Source: Eledone cirrhosa (taxonomy: Eukaryota). From it: a DNA stretch of 64,000 nt. The position numbers and the translations under genes were made by a program. The stretch lies in the NCBI GenBank assembly GCA_964016885.1, contig OZ024743.1, forward strand, positions 118,978,001-119,042,000, given 5' to 3'. Below are positions 32,142-46,460 of this stretch, piece after piece. Under the pieces are notes generated by a model. The model was not told where the DNA came from. It saw nothing but the letters and a program-made list of their open reading frames with translations, and made no database searches. Numbering within the stretch: the stretch's first letter is position 1; every line of letters starts with the position of its first letter.

Positions 32142-33162
32142 GTACCTGTGGGACCACGCCACACTGCTTTCGCCGCTGTTGAGTTTTTGAATTTTGTTTT
32201 ACTTTTGTCGATAACTGTCACAAAATTCTGTTACAATCTATTGCATAAAGTATTAGTCTATCCGCCGGAGAAATATTCGCCCTGTAATCCCCGCGGAACG
32301 AGCTAAAACGTCCGTTCCAAAACGGGATTGTATTACCATCTTCCCCAAAATTCAAATATGGCTTGTCTTTTAGAGAAAGAAAAGGAAACAGGAACATCAG
32401 CGACAACAAACACGACTACGACTGAAGCAACAACACCAACGCGCGTGGAAAACAATTGGATATAATTTAAGACGAAGGAAACGAATGACAAACCGTCTTC
32501 GACAATAACATGAAAAGAAAAAACTTTCTTGACTTCCCCCTAAAAAAAAAATGGGATTTAATTACACTCGGGGTGCTGTTGAAGATAGTGTGGTTCAAGC
32601 GCCATGTTTTGTAGAGTTTCCTTAGTGAAAGCCTTTGCCGCTCATACATTAAGGAAGCTTTCTCCTAATGCCTTTGTAGGCACCTAGTGACATTCGTCCC
32701 ATCATTAAAGATCCGGGCCTTTACATGTGCTGGTACCAAAAGTCTCCACTTGCTCAATCTATTTATTTCGTGATATAAGGGTCATCAGGTATACAGTGGC
32801 CATTCTTACAACGACGAAATTTTCTGTATCTGAGTTGTTCGCTGTTAATTTCGTGTGTTTCCTTATGATTGTGATTGATGATGGTTGTGGTAGGGTTGAT
32901 GATGATATCGGTGGTGGTTGTGTTACCAGATGAGGTGGTGGTAACGGTGGTGGTGTTTCAAAGTTGTTTGAAAATGGTGTGGCATGTTTCCTGGAGTGGG
33001 TTATAGTGTCTGGCAAGGAGTGTTGTGTGACAATTTGTGTGTTGTTTTTTTATTAATTTGGGAGATTGTGCTTTTCCTCTTCTATTTCACTGGAAGAGAA
33101 GGTGAATGTGTCTGATTATTGTAGGATTGCAAGTATACATGTGTGTATGTTTAGAACGGGTG

Positions 33163-33269
<107 letters not shown>

Positions 33270-33517
33270 GGGGGGGTGGAGGGGGGGGGGGGGGGGGGTA
33301 GTAGCATTCTTGATGGACCCATTGGGTGGTTTTGTTGGAATCACTTGGTGTGGTTTTTAGGTGGTTGCTGTTAGTATTGATGGTACTATCGTTGCTGCTG
33401 GTGTTGTTGTTGTTGTTGTTGCTGTTGCCATATGTGTATGCTGTTATATCAGTACGCATATATAACCAATTGTCTTTGTATTTCAATATGTATTCTCCCG
33501 ATGTATAGAGAATATGT

Positions 33518-33665
33518 ACTTGACCTGGTAGAAATAGCTACGAAATCTCTCTCAAATCAAACTCTACTATCTTAAATAAGGAAATAGTACTTAGAGTAAT
33601 CCTGTATAACCCAAACAGAATAGATTTAATTGTAGATTTACTTGATCAGGTTTGGGACTAAACAA
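33518..33665 (+). repeat. Unclassified old interspersed repeat; related copies at about 21720-21780, 57760-57960 and possibly 31310-31390 (minus)
   Basis: Shared block cttgacct..tagaaatagc...aaatctc.ctcaaatca. Highly diverged. Confidence 0.45.
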
Positions 33666-34425
33666 CTACAACAACGACGAATTTCTAAAAGGGAAATGAG
33701 ACATGCGAACTGACTGATTGCTTTGGTTATTTATTAGCGTAGACGTGTAGCAATCACAAACAGCGGGGAACTGTTAACGAACTCTTTGATTTGGCAGAAA
33801 AATCAAAGTAACAATGCAAAATATGAAACAATGTAATTTTTGCATGTTAGAAATGCATTCATGTCAATATATTATTGTATTCTATTTCAATTTTTCTTTC
33901 TTTTTTACTTCATGACAGTGCAGTGAAAAGTTGTTATTAAAATAACTAGGCTACATGTATAGGCAAACAAATAAAAGTTGCATTCACCTCACGCAAACAC
34001 AGAGTGGTATTTTGATTGTTTTAATATAAAATATTTGAAAATGTTGGAAAAAATATAAATAAAGAATATATGCAAATAAATTATAATAAAAACATAATAT
34101 TTGAAATATAAATTTAGGAAAAGATTTATATTTGAGGAAGGGAAAATGTGAAAAAATAGACATAAGAACGCCAATGATTTTATTTAATAAAATATGTTGA
34201 AACAACCAGTGAAGAGTAGTGAATATCACGTGAGACTTGACGAAAGAAAAAGATCCATAGAAATTCAGAAAATTATAAAAAGCTCGCTAGTTTGCAGACA
34301 ATGTTGTCGTAAATTCATTTAAAGATTTTGAGTATATTTTACTGAAAAATGAAACTTAAGAAAAGCAAAAAAACATGGATAAAATAAAATTTACAATTGC
34401 ACACGCACATCTATTCGTACATACG

Positions 34426-34534
<109 letters not shown>

Positions 34535-35063
34535 TTGATCGAGTATGGCGATCAAACGCCACCATCTTGAGCCCTGTGGATGTTGCAAATGAATTCAACC
34601 ATTCACATTATTCAAAGATCACACCAAATCGAAAGTTGGGTGAAGCTTTTTATAGTGAGGAAAAGCGTTGAGTTGAACCAAAGCCACTCCCTGAGTAACA
34701 ATACCTACATTCCGAAACGAAGAACAGATCATCATTATCCAGCGTTTCTCTTTCAGGATATCGTAAGGACGATCAGGGGTCTATCAGTACCAATGAGTTT
34801 ACCACGAAATCGGACACCATCTGAGTATTTCTGTCCATGTGCATATATATATATAAACCACAAACCCTCCATCTCAATTCTACTTTTAAAAAGCACAAGA
34901 ACTACGAAACCGGTAAAGGAACCAAATAAATATATATCAAAAAAGAAAAGACTCCAGTTGCATTTTCGATTTCATCTTTTTTCCTTATACTTTCACTCGT
35001 GTAGGGCACCTCGTTTTTTTTTCATTTTGTAAAAAAAATCTCACTTTCTGATATATATATATA

Positions 35064-35120
<57 letters not shown>

Positions 35121-35123
<3 letters not shown>

Positions 35124-35292
35124 AGGCACAAGGCCAGCAATTCTTTTTATGGGGGGGGGGGGTTGAAATCAAACCCCGTAATGATGAAAGGCAAAGCTAA
35201 CCTCGGTGGGATTTGAACTCGGAATGGCAAGGGCCGTAACTCCATGCGTCAAAGCATGGCGTCCGTCCCTCTACCGATACTGCCAATCCACA
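35121..35292 (-). mobile_element. SINE family 1 with an internal deletion
   Basis: ttaggcacaaggccagc...gatgaaaggcaaag...ggatttgaactc...taccgatactgccaatcca. Confidence 0.88.
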
Positions 35293-35324
35293 ATAATAAT
35301 AATAATAATTATTATTATTATTAT

Positions 35325-35468
35325 TCAAAGCCCGCCGAGGTTAGTTTTGCCTTTCAACCTTAGAGAGTAGATAATATAAAGCACCAGTAATACACTGGGG
35401 TCAATTTAATCGTTTTCCCTCTCCCCCTTAAAAATTGGCAGCCTTGTCCCTAAATGAGAAAACATTTT
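35325..35468 (+). mobile_element. SINE family 1, 5'-truncated
   Basis: ttcaaagcccgccgaggttagttttgcctttc...aaagcaccagtaa...gccttgtccctaaatgagaaa. Confidence 0.82.
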
Positions 35469-36055
35469 TCATTATTGTTGTTTTTAAAGGTGGTTGTAGT
35501 GGTAATATTAGTAAAGAGAAAAGGACATTTTCTAACGTCATATCTGATAAAACAATTTAATACACAAACCAAATGGCTTCTTAACGAAAGGTAAGAGACA
35601 ACCAACGTCACCTGCCTCACTTTCCCCTACATCGTCACAAATGAAATATTTGGGGTTGGGAGTCGGAGGGCCTCGAAGATTTATGTGTAGAAAACTTGGA
35701 AGGATGGGACCACTGCTCATAGATTGCCTCCGTAGTGAGCAAGGCAACTTAAGATCGAATTATTCTCAGACTGGAATATCTGCTCTGATATCATGCTGGA
35801 TGGATTCTTCTGAAGGCACCAATTAAGAAGTAGGGATGATTGTGTTTAACCAGCAGCGTGTTAAATATAATAACATTTACAAAGCCAAAGGTTTAAGTGG
35901 AGACATATTAATGCTAGTATCAATATATCTCCTCGAAAACTGCCAGCCGGAGGATATGTGTAATATCTAAAATAAGCACAAGACCATAACCGTGTTTATG
36001 AGAGTTATGTCGGTCGATTCAATCCATCTGAATACTTAGTCAATGCATTATTTTA

Positions 36056-36240
36056 GGTGGATTGGCAGTATCGGTAGAGGGTCGGACGCCATGCTTTCCA
36101 GCATAGTTACGTCCCTTTACGATCTGAGTTCAAATCCCACCGAGGTGGACTTTGCCTTTCATCCTTACGGGGTCGATAAAATAAAGTACCAGTAATGCAC
36201 TGGGTAATTGTAGGCCTTGTGCCTAAAGTAGAATCAATTA
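36056..36240 (+). mobile_element. SINE family 1 (first of a tandem pair)
   Basis: Full A box-like element, B box, core and 3' end. Confidence 0.92.
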
Positions 36241-36249
36241 TTTTATAAA

Positions 36250-36440
36250 GCAGTGTATTGGCAGTATCGGTAGAGGGTCGGGCGCTATGCTTTGCATCGT
36301 AGAGTTACGGCCCTTTATGATCTGAGTTCAAATCCCACCGAGGTTAACTTTGCCTTTCATCCTTACGGGGCCGATAAAATAAAGTACCAGTAATACACCC
36401 GAGTAATTGCTGGCCTTTTGCCATAAGTAGAAACACTTAT
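36250..36440 (+). mobile_element. SINE family 1 (second of a tandem pair)
   Basis: Full copy immediately downstream of the 36056 copy, with several differences from it. Confidence 0.92.
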
Positions 36441-37029
36441 TTTAAAGAGCCTCGTAGAAACAGAACTACAATCTTTAATACTTTTCTGTTTGTTACTACA
36501 CGAGTTCGAATATTACGCTATTAACAACCTTAACTATGATACAAAATCAAAAACAAAATTGAAATATTTAACACAATTAAACGTTGTTATAAAATCTTTA
36601 AATTAACGCATCAAAATTAAAAGGAACATTTATAAAACGTAGAATAGAATTTACTCGAAGCACGGGGTCGGTACTCAATTATTATTCATGACCAACATAA
36701 TCGTTAAATAACAAAAAAAGAAAAGATGCATTCCCTTCCCCCGTCCCTTTAACCCCAGTGTTCACTTTAGTCACACACAAAAACTTATGCGGTATTTTTC
36801 ATTCTCCACATTGTTAAAAGTCTGAGTAAACAAAAAAGAAAAAAGATTGACAGCGCCAGCAGTAACATAATATCGATCTACTCTTATTGATTGTTGCGAT
36901 TATCGATCTATAAATATTGAGCCATGGTAAAATTAACTCACAAACCTAATCTGCTCGTATTTTCAATTATTCGAAAAGAAAATTGTCCTACATATATATA
37001 TATATATACTAAGTGTCATAAAACAGACA

Positions 37030-37100
<71 letters not shown>

Positions 37101-37164
37101 ATACATACAAAGCATGTTTTTTTTTCAACACTACCATTTCTATCAACCCAACGAAATAATAATG

Positions 37165-37291
37165 GTTTCTTATATAGGCTGCAATTTTGAGGGAGGGGAA
37201 AGTCGATTAAAATGACCCTAGCACATGACTGGTACTTTATTTTATCGACCCCGTGAGGATGAAAGGCAAAGTTAAACTTGGTGGGGTTTGA
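37165..37291 (-). mobile_element. SINE family 1, 5'-truncated
   Basis: ctggtactttattttatcgaccccgtgaggatgaaaggcaaagttaa. Confidence 0.85.
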
Positions 37292-37461
37292 AGAAGAAAA
37301 AGAAAAAGAAAAAGAAGAAACGACGACGAAGATAAATTATTTGCAGAAATGTGGCTTGCTTTTTAATCAATATACTGCACGTGTGTTGGGTCTTTACATT
37401 TTGACACCCAAAACACAAACGCACACACACATGTAAATATATGTAAGTGTATGTATATGTA

Positions 37462-37643
<182 letters not shown>

Positions 37644-38431
37644 TATTTGTGTGTGTTTGTGTGTGTGTGAATAAGTGAATACACACTTTGTTTGATCATA
37701 CGTATTATTTGTTAGCCATCATCCGAAATTTCGACTCGTATTATATCGGTTGTCTACCCATTTATAGTTGATTGCGTTAACACTAACTTTACATATAATG
37801 TAAATGTCAAATAAACATTATTGCACAACTACAAAAGTTTTCCTTTCGTTGTAAAATAACTGATTTTGTTGTTTCATTTTTCATATATTTATTACTAACA
37901 AAATATGTTTAAAAGAAAATAGTGTGATCTAAATCAATTTACGAATAACTCCTGGTATATTTAATGTTACAATCAGAAAATGTTCTGCAAACCTTATAAA
38001 GTCGGGTGTTTAGATTCTAGTGAATATTATTATTAGTTGTATACATCGTTTACGTGATTATCTCATTTCAGAAGAGAGTAACCGAAGTCGACATTAATAC
38101 ATATCTATATATTACATTTATTAAAAGTCAAATAAAAAGCACTAGTGCACATGTGTACCGTTACTGTCGTGCATTGAGAAAAAATAAAAAATAAAAAACA
38201 TTGTTATTTAAAAGCCGGTGAATTTACCGAATCATTAGTTCGTCAGATTTAATGTTTTGCGGAATTTGTTCCGGCTCCTTGCTCTCCTTGTCGAATCCCT
38301 TCCATTCTCATGGGCTCAATAAAAATGGTGCCAGTTAAGAGGAATGGAATTGTGGAATTAACAGTATGTCATCTGTCATCTGACATTTTGGGTTTATTGT
38401 TAAGCTTTCCTCTCGAATCCAGTGTAATAAC

Positions 38432-38462
<31 letters not shown>

Positions 38463-39238
38463 GAGCTTATGAAACTCTTATGAACTCAGAATAGCTCAAA
38501 TTTGCGGAGGATACTCAAATCATTATCATATTATTATTGTTGTTGTTGTTTAAAAAATACACCGAAAGTTTCCTTTCTTAAATCAAGAATTACATTTATC
38601 TTGGAGGAACATATACAGAAGTGTGCAAGATGATATATATATTCATGGCTAATGCATATAGTCATAGTTGATTGCTACCACCCACAAGCCCACCTTAAAA
38701 AATTCTAACACTTTACCTATATTACAAATTATTTCTATTCAACATTATCGATATCATCAATACCATTTTCCGTCTTTTTGTCCAGGATAGCATGAGCTGG
38801 GCGTGTCAATTCATTACTTAATAATGGAGACAGGTTGAGGTCCATGTTTCTTTCAATACCACCCATGCTCTGCACGTTTTCTGGGGCAGGTTATCTTCTT
38901 AATGCCAATCACATCACAGAATATACGGAATGTATTTGATCGTGGTACCAGCACTTGGGAAGTTGTTATATACTTGACGTGAAAGAAATGTCCTAATTAT
39001 AGCCATAGTTATTGAATTCGTATATCATCATAATGCTACCTATTGCCATGAACGGATAATAATCGATTGTATTGATTATGGTAGCCATAATATAACCATT
39101 TTAGGACTGGAAGTTATAACCAGATATAGATGAATTCAGAAGGTATAAGACCGAAAGTTAATCTGGCACCCTACCACCATATGCCCTGCCTTGTATTGAT
39201 CGATGGCTTAATTAATTGATTTTACATCGGTTTAATTG

Positions 39239-39361
<123 letters not shown>

Positions 39362-40227
39362 GTGTGTGTGTGTGTATGCAATTTCCATTTTAATACTTAA
39401 ATGGGATTGTCATATTGCATTTATTTCTGTTTTAGTCATTTAATGAAAATTGCAGTGATCCATGGAGAAGTACACAGCCAATTAAGGGATAATTGTGTGC
39501 AATTTTATTTTGAAAATACCCATTCCAAGTGTGCCTTTGGCATCACACTCTATAGAAATAAACGCATGCCTACATTTGAAGAAAATTACATGTACCAACA
39601 ATGTTGTAGCCTTTATGTAACATTTTCAAGTGGGAAAAGTTGAAACATATCTGCGACATGACGAAAAAGTAGTTCTATCCAAACCTATGGCTTTTAGATT
39701 ATTGACATTTATAAATTAAATAGTTTGTATAATTCGAATGGCAGAGAGAGACGAGAAGAACCTTATTTCCTTAATGTAATCACATTGAGCATGGTGTCCT
39801 TCAGACATCACATCATCCTTATCAAAATCGATTTTTATAGTTCTGTTGGAAGTAAATATTTATAAAGATCACAGGAATTCATACTTCAAAAGACAGAGAC
39901 ATCGTCATCAAACGTCACTATTGAGAATTGTAATAACATCAATCTTGCTGATCTTGTAGCTGTACGAATCGCATCCACCTCTTCCCAATATTATCGTGAG
40001 ACTTAATACTTTTTCTCTACACATCATGTTTGATCTCTCACCAGAGATCTCGCTTTCACATAACAGAAATAGAAACACAAAGAAGGGGAAGGTGCTGTGG
40101 TGCTGTTCCCCGCTCATCCATATGTGATCTCATGTACTTTTACACTCCCCATTCGGGTATCTCAACGCTCTTTACTTTACAACTTTTTCTTTATGGTTGT
40201 AGATGTTACATGTGCACACACACACAC

Positions 40228-40272
<45 letters not shown>

Positions 40273-40802
40273 GCTTATTCAGTAACAAATATAGATATTT
40301 ATGGCATACGCAATTCAAATCCAGTGAATGTATGTCTTGTTTCATTTTGCTATATTTTATCTGCATGCTGAGGTAGAATCTTTTTCGTTGCAAATAAATA
40401 TTTATTTTACCGACTTATTGTAACCCACATTTCCCAAATAAAAAGGATTTACAAAGAAACAAGAAATTGTTGCAAACGACCTAATTTCAATTTGTCGGTA
40501 CTGGCATGGATATATATTTAAGAAGGTTGTATAATATTCTATTATAACCTCCAGAACACCCAGTCACGAAATATGACAATTTTATTATCCGATCAAGGAG
40601 CCCCGCAAATATAATGGCTATTGTTCTACCGCTTCTGACTAGAAATAGTTGCAGAATATTCCAGAAAAAAAGATAATGTGGATCTTGTCAAATTTATTTG
40701 TAAAGCTATTTTAACTTATGACTTTTTTTTTATCAGTCCAGACGATATTAGGACACAGGCATATAAATAATGAACTTTGGAACTCTGTTACTAACAATAA
40801 TT

Positions 40803-40897
40803 GTTTTTACTTTTGGCACAAGGCCAGCAATTATTCCAGTGCATAACTGGTACTTTATTTTATCGACCCCGTAAGGATGAAAGGCAAAGTTAACTGC
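40803..40897 (-). mobile_element. SINE family 1, 5'-truncated, with a 14-bp TSD
   Basis: TACTAACAATAATT at 40789-40802 and 40898-40911. Core intact. Confidence 0.9.
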
Positions 40898-41464
40898 TAC
40901 TAACAATAATTATTCATAATTATGACGCGAAATCATTACAAAGTATGGTGATCGGTAATCAATTGTATGTAGGGGAGACGAACTACACTCGTGTAGCAAG
41001 AAATATCACATCCAAATATCATATCATAGTGTCTGAAACCTTTGCTTCCGTATTTCTTTTACTACATCTTCCTCTCTCCCATCTTTTTGCCTATGAGGCA
41101 AGATTTCGCAAAATATTATATTACTAACAAGAGTGATATTTCACTCTTTAAGATGTAGAGTGATATTAGTTGTAAAGGCTTTATATAGAAACGCTTTCAA
41201 ATGTACTGTATTCAAATGTATTGTTTTGCAAGCTTCTTCGTTGTGATGTACATAAAAGAAATAACGATTTAATCCTTGTTTGATAAACTTTGAGGCATTA
41301 GACACTACGAATTGTTAAAATGAGATATGGGAACACTAAATGTTATAAAAAAAAAATAATCTAATAGAAAACCATATATAAATATTATCCATAATACCTC
41401 GTTTAAACAAAGCAGGAAACCTTTCAAAAGTTCTACAATATGGAATAATCATTTCTTGTTGATT

Positions 41465-41878
41465 GTCTGGTGTCCGTGAGCAAGACACTATATTTTGCTT
41501 TGCACCTGTTCATTCGGCTGTAGAAATAAGTTGCGAAGTTAATTGTTACAAGCTGTATCGGCGTTTGCCTTCCCCTGGGGAGAAATCAGTGGCGCTGAGA
41601 AGGGAGACTAGTATGCTCGGAACGCGTGATGTCTTGCACACTTGAACAAGACATTTTTTTCACGTTGCTCAACTGTAGAAATGAGTTGCGACGACACTGG
41701 TTCCAATTTGCATTCGCATTTGCATCTCTTTTAGGCAACATTAGTGGTGTTGAGAGGGGAGAGTGATATGTATGGCCGACTGCTGGTCTCCCATAAACAA
41801 CCTTGCCCGGATTGTGCCTCGGAGGGGCAACATTATTAGCGCAAATCCTATGATCATTCGTGACCGAAGGGGGTCAAA
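41465..41878 (+). mobile_element. Two tandem headless SINE family 2 bodies
   Basis: gtgtccgtgagcaagacact...ctgtagaaataagttgcga (41469-41540) recurs as cttgaacaagaca...ctgtagaaatgagttgcga (41641-41690). Ends with gtgaccgaagggggtc. Confidence 0.75.
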
Positions 41879-42110
41879 ACTCTTGCTTTTATATATATAT
41901 ATATATCCAGTGGTGAAACCAACAAACCTAAATAAATATATATATATATATATTAATTTAGGTTTGTTGGTTTCACCACGGGATAGAACTGGTCATCCCG
42001 TATAGTCAACCTTGATGTAATATTAGGGAGCGGACTCATACTGAACCCGGTAATTGAAATGTTCATAGTACAATAAACCTTTAAGGAATTACACCAGTCC
42101 AGCCTCCTGT

Positions 42111-42159
<49 letters not shown>

Positions 42160-42320
42160 CACACACACACACACACACACACATATGCATAAGTATACTA
42201 AACCTGAAAAATACGCAAGATCAAAAGAGCCACAACGTTATAATAAACCTTCAAAAGTATGGGACTAGAGTTGTTGCTCAAAAATATTGTAATCATTATC
42301 TATCGTACAATCTGTGGCAT

Positions 42321-42411
<91 letters not shown>

Positions 42412-42576
42412 TGTGTGTGTATGTGTGTGTGTGTGTGTGTGTGTGCATGAGTGCGAGTGTCAGTGTGGGTGTATATATATATATATATATAGATACATTC
42501 ATGCATATATATAAATATACACCCACATACACACGCACATTATATATAAATATACACACATATACATACATAGATA

Positions 42577-42622
<46 letters not shown>

Positions 42623-42623
<1 letters not shown>

Positions 42624-42746
42624 AAAAGGTCTCCAGCCGTTTCGACAGCTAGATACATACTCTTCAAATTGCCCACTCTACTACCCTAAGTATCGAGTAC
42701 TCTGGTACGTTATGGTCTACCTTGTATCTAACCACACTTTCTTTGT
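42623..42746 (+). mobile_element. 'Hairpin + tail' element, copy 3 (one arm only)
   Basis: ctccagccgtttcgacagctagat followed by the tail cccactctactaccctaagtatcgagtactctggtacgttatggtc. TA-flanked. Confidence 0.7.
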
Positions 42747-42748
42747 AC

Positions 42749-42809
<61 letters not shown>

Positions 42810-43057
42810 TGTAAACATATGTTTAAATATATATATACATATAAATATATATATTTAAACATGTATGTATATATGTATATATATATATATATGTATATAA
42901 ACATATATATATATATATAAACATGTATGTATATATACATATATATATATATACATACATATATTTACACATATGCATATATATATAAATGTATATTTAA
43001 ATATACACACATATTTATAAAAATACATATACATACATATTTATAAATATACATGTG

Positions 43058-43107
<50 letters not shown>

Positions 43108-43582
43108 GAGAGAAGGTGTGAGATAAAGAGATAAACACGCACATAAATGAAATAGCGTAAGCATGTATGTTCATAGAGAATTTCCCTGTATATTCGTAAA
43201 CTCCTGACTGTGTCTATGAATAGGGTCTTGTAAATGACATGTTATATAAACATAATTAATAAAACTGCTTCACTACTTACTTAAAATAGCAACGAAACGC
43301 ACCAAACTTTGATAAGCAAAGAATATATTATTAACCTGTTTTTAGAACTTAAGCATGCCATCTTTAAATGCTATGTGCGTTTGTGCACACGTATATACAA
43401 ACATACATACGTACGTTTTTTTAAATAAGTTACAGCTTTTATTTGAGACCCTCCTATTTAAGACATGATTTCGTGTGTACTATTAAACCTTATCACGAAT
43501 GGTCCTGTTATATTTATCTAAAGACATTTTTTTTACAATTCCACCACGCCCGTCTCTTCAATCTATCTTATTTCTCATTCTT

Positions 43583-43618
43583 TCTTCTGATGAAAGACTA
43601 GCGTCCGAAACGTAAAGA
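43583..43618 (+). ncRNA. Minimal PLE-type hammerhead ribozyme in a solo pLTR-like relic (about 43530-43720)
   Basis: TCTT-CTGATGA-aaGAC(tagc)GTCc-GAAAC-GTA-AAGA. Stem I is TCTT/AAGA, a palindromic ACGT replaces stem III, and the cleavage site is GUA. Confidence 0.75.
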
Positions 43619-43727
43619 CCCTCTTCCTGTTATTTCAAACCTAATATATTTCTTCCTTATACTGTACCGATTATGTTGTTATTTCTGTTTAGCCTTTACA
43701 TTCATAAACACGCACACAATATATATA

Positions 43728-43942
43728 TATAATTACAACAGTGACATAAACAGGTACTCAAGTTCGTTGGGTTCTGGGACCCAACGAACTTCAGGTTTTC
43801 TCATGAATTGGGGCCCAGATCCCAACGGATCTTGAGTAGCTATTTGTGTCACTGATGTAATTATTTATACCAAACCCGTCCTATGGACTGAGTGCTCTTA
43901 TTCTTGTATATTTCCACTTAACTTTTACTTCAGTGTATATAT

Positions 43943-43945
<3 letters not shown>
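43728..43945 (+). mobile_element. Second 'hairpin + tail' or MITE-like element
   Basis: Imperfect inverted arms at about 43728-43785 and 43806-43864. The tail ccaaacccgtcctatggactgagtgctct recurs at about 53327-53357. (TA)n flanks. Confidence 0.6.
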
Positions 43946-43976
<31 letters not shown>

Positions 43977-44516
43977 AAGAGAGAGAAAGAGAGAGAGAGA
44001 GAGGCAGAGAGAGAGAGGCATAGAGAGAGGCAGAGAGAGACAGACGCAGAGAGAGAGAGAGGCAGAGAGAGACAGACGCAGAGAGAGAGATATAGAAGGG
44101 CAGATATAGATATACAGTAGTATGTATAATTTTATGCACACACATAGGCATTTATATATTGTCATGCACACACATAGGCATTTATATATTGACATACACA
44201 CGAAAACAAACATACATCAATACGTATAGAAATACGTATAGAAATGCATTAGTTCCTCGGAGTATTTGTGAGTGACAATGTTTACAAATGCCTAGATAAT
44301 TTTTTTTCATTCTGTTGTGTCCGTACGTAGCAGCATGAATAACAGCAGCTGCAGCAACAACATGAGTTCAGGTACTTAATAATAGCAGCAGCGGGATCAG
44401 CAACAGTGCCTATAACACTGCCAACTGTAACAGCAGTAGTGCACAGACTCATTTCGCTGGGCGTTCATTTAGCCTGGCACTAAGCAGATCTGTAGACTAG
44501 CTTGGATAATATCCGT

Positions 44517-44633
<117 letters not shown>

Positions 44634-44689
44634 ATATATATACATATGTACACATATATTAATATACACACAAATATATATATATATAT

Positions 44690-45055
44690 CTAGGGCGGGT
44701 AAAATTCCCGAGATCCATGGACGAGTTCTCTCCAGTGGTATCTGTCCCTCATTATCGCTGCCATGTCCTGCGTCTCCAACGGACCAGTTTCTGTCCTTAG
44801 GGCATCAACATACGTTAACCTTGGTCTTCCTCTACCAGTGTGTCCATGTAGGGGCTCCCACGGGAGCACTGAGAGCAATGTCAACTCTGGATGTCGGTGA
44901 GCATGTCCAGCTAACCTCAGTCTCCTCTGTGTCACTTTTGAGCTGACTTTTGGGAGGCTCCCATACACCTCTGAGTTTTTCATCCTCAGTGTATACTGAT
45001 TAAGGTTCAGAGCCATCCTCAGCATACTCGTGTAACACCCATCCACCATCTGAGT
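44690..45055 (-). mobile_element. RTE-like LINE 3' end (family B), 5'-truncated, flanked by (TA)n
   Basis: [14 protein letters not shown]...RRLRLAGHAHRHPE...WEPLHGHTGRGRPRLTYVD. The frame is open to the stop. Confidence 0.87.
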
Positions 45056-45197
45056 GAGTTAATATATATATATATATACACATATATACATATATATATA
45101 TATACATACATATATATATATACATACATATATACATATATATATACATATACACACATATATATATACATATATACACACACATATATATATACAT

Positions 45198-45236
<39 letters not shown>

Positions 45237-45273
45237 TATATACACACACACATATGTATAGATATATATATAT

Positions 45274-45310
<37 letters not shown>

Positions 45311-45351
45311 TACATATATAGATATACATACATAGATATACATATATATAT

Positions 45352-45520
45352 AGCAACAAGTATGACCTCGACGGCAGAGCTCAAGCCGTTTCGTTGAAAC
45401 GGCTTGAGCTCTGCCGTCGGGGTCTTGAACATTTTCCTATTAGCCACTCTACTACCCTAAGTATTGAGTATTCTGGTGCGTTATGGTCCATCTGGTTCCT
45501 TAACACACTTCCTTCCTTAG
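45352..45520 (+). mobile_element. 'Hairpin + tail' element, copy 4
   Basis: Hairpin 45364-45424 centred on gtttcgttgaaac, same tail, TA-flanked. Confidence 0.8.
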
Positions 45521-45580
45521 CTAGACATATAGATATACATATATAAATATACATATATATACATATAGATATACATATAT

Positions 45581-45661
<81 letters not shown>

Positions 45662-45904
45662 TATATATATACATACATACATATATATATTATATATATT
45701 ATATATATATACATATATGCGTATATACATATGGATATATATATTCATATATGCGTATATACATATGTATATATATATATTCATATATGTATGTGTATAT
45801 ATATACATACATAAATATATAGAAATATGTATATACATATATATATATGTGTGTGTGATGATGGTGATTTAAATATATATATACACATACATATATTCAT
45901 ATAA

Positions 45905-45947
<43 letters not shown>

Positions 45948-45951
45948 TACA

Positions 45952-46090
45952 CAACATATACATTTATCTGTGTGTATATATATATATATACATACATACA
46001 GAATCACATATCAACATATACATTTATCTGTGTGTATATATATATATATATATACATACAGAATCACATATCAACATATACATTTATCTG

Positions 46091-46100
<10 letters not shown>
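45952..46100 (+). repeat. 60-bp tandem repeat, about 2.5 copies
   Basis: caacatatacatttatctgtgt...tacatacagaatcacatat repeats at 60-nt spacing. Confidence 0.9.
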
Positions 46101-46121
<21 letters not shown>

Positions 46122-46406
46122 ACACACATCATCATCATCATGTCGACATGTTAATAAGACTATTGCTCTCTATCATGTGATATGTAGATTATCAAATTTC
46201 TGCTAGAAACGGAGTATTTGATTTCACTGTTAATATATTAACAGGAAGAGAAGAGAATTTAAGACATTAACCTCAAGATATATATCACACACACACACAT
46301 ATATATATATATACGTGTGTGTGTGTCTGTGTGTGTGTATGCGTTAGTGTATACATGGTAATTAATATACTACTCTTCTAATTAGTGTTCGTTCGTTCTC
46401 TCTCTC

Positions 46407-46460
<54 letters not shown>

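Noticed and set aside
34757-34762. Possible 6-nt microexon (tttctctttcag GATATC gtaagg)
   Set aside because: Splice-like signals only. It cannot be supported without RNA data.
38760-38970. Possible decayed V-SINE-like repeat on the minus strand
   Set aside because: The resemblance is too degenerate to call by eye.
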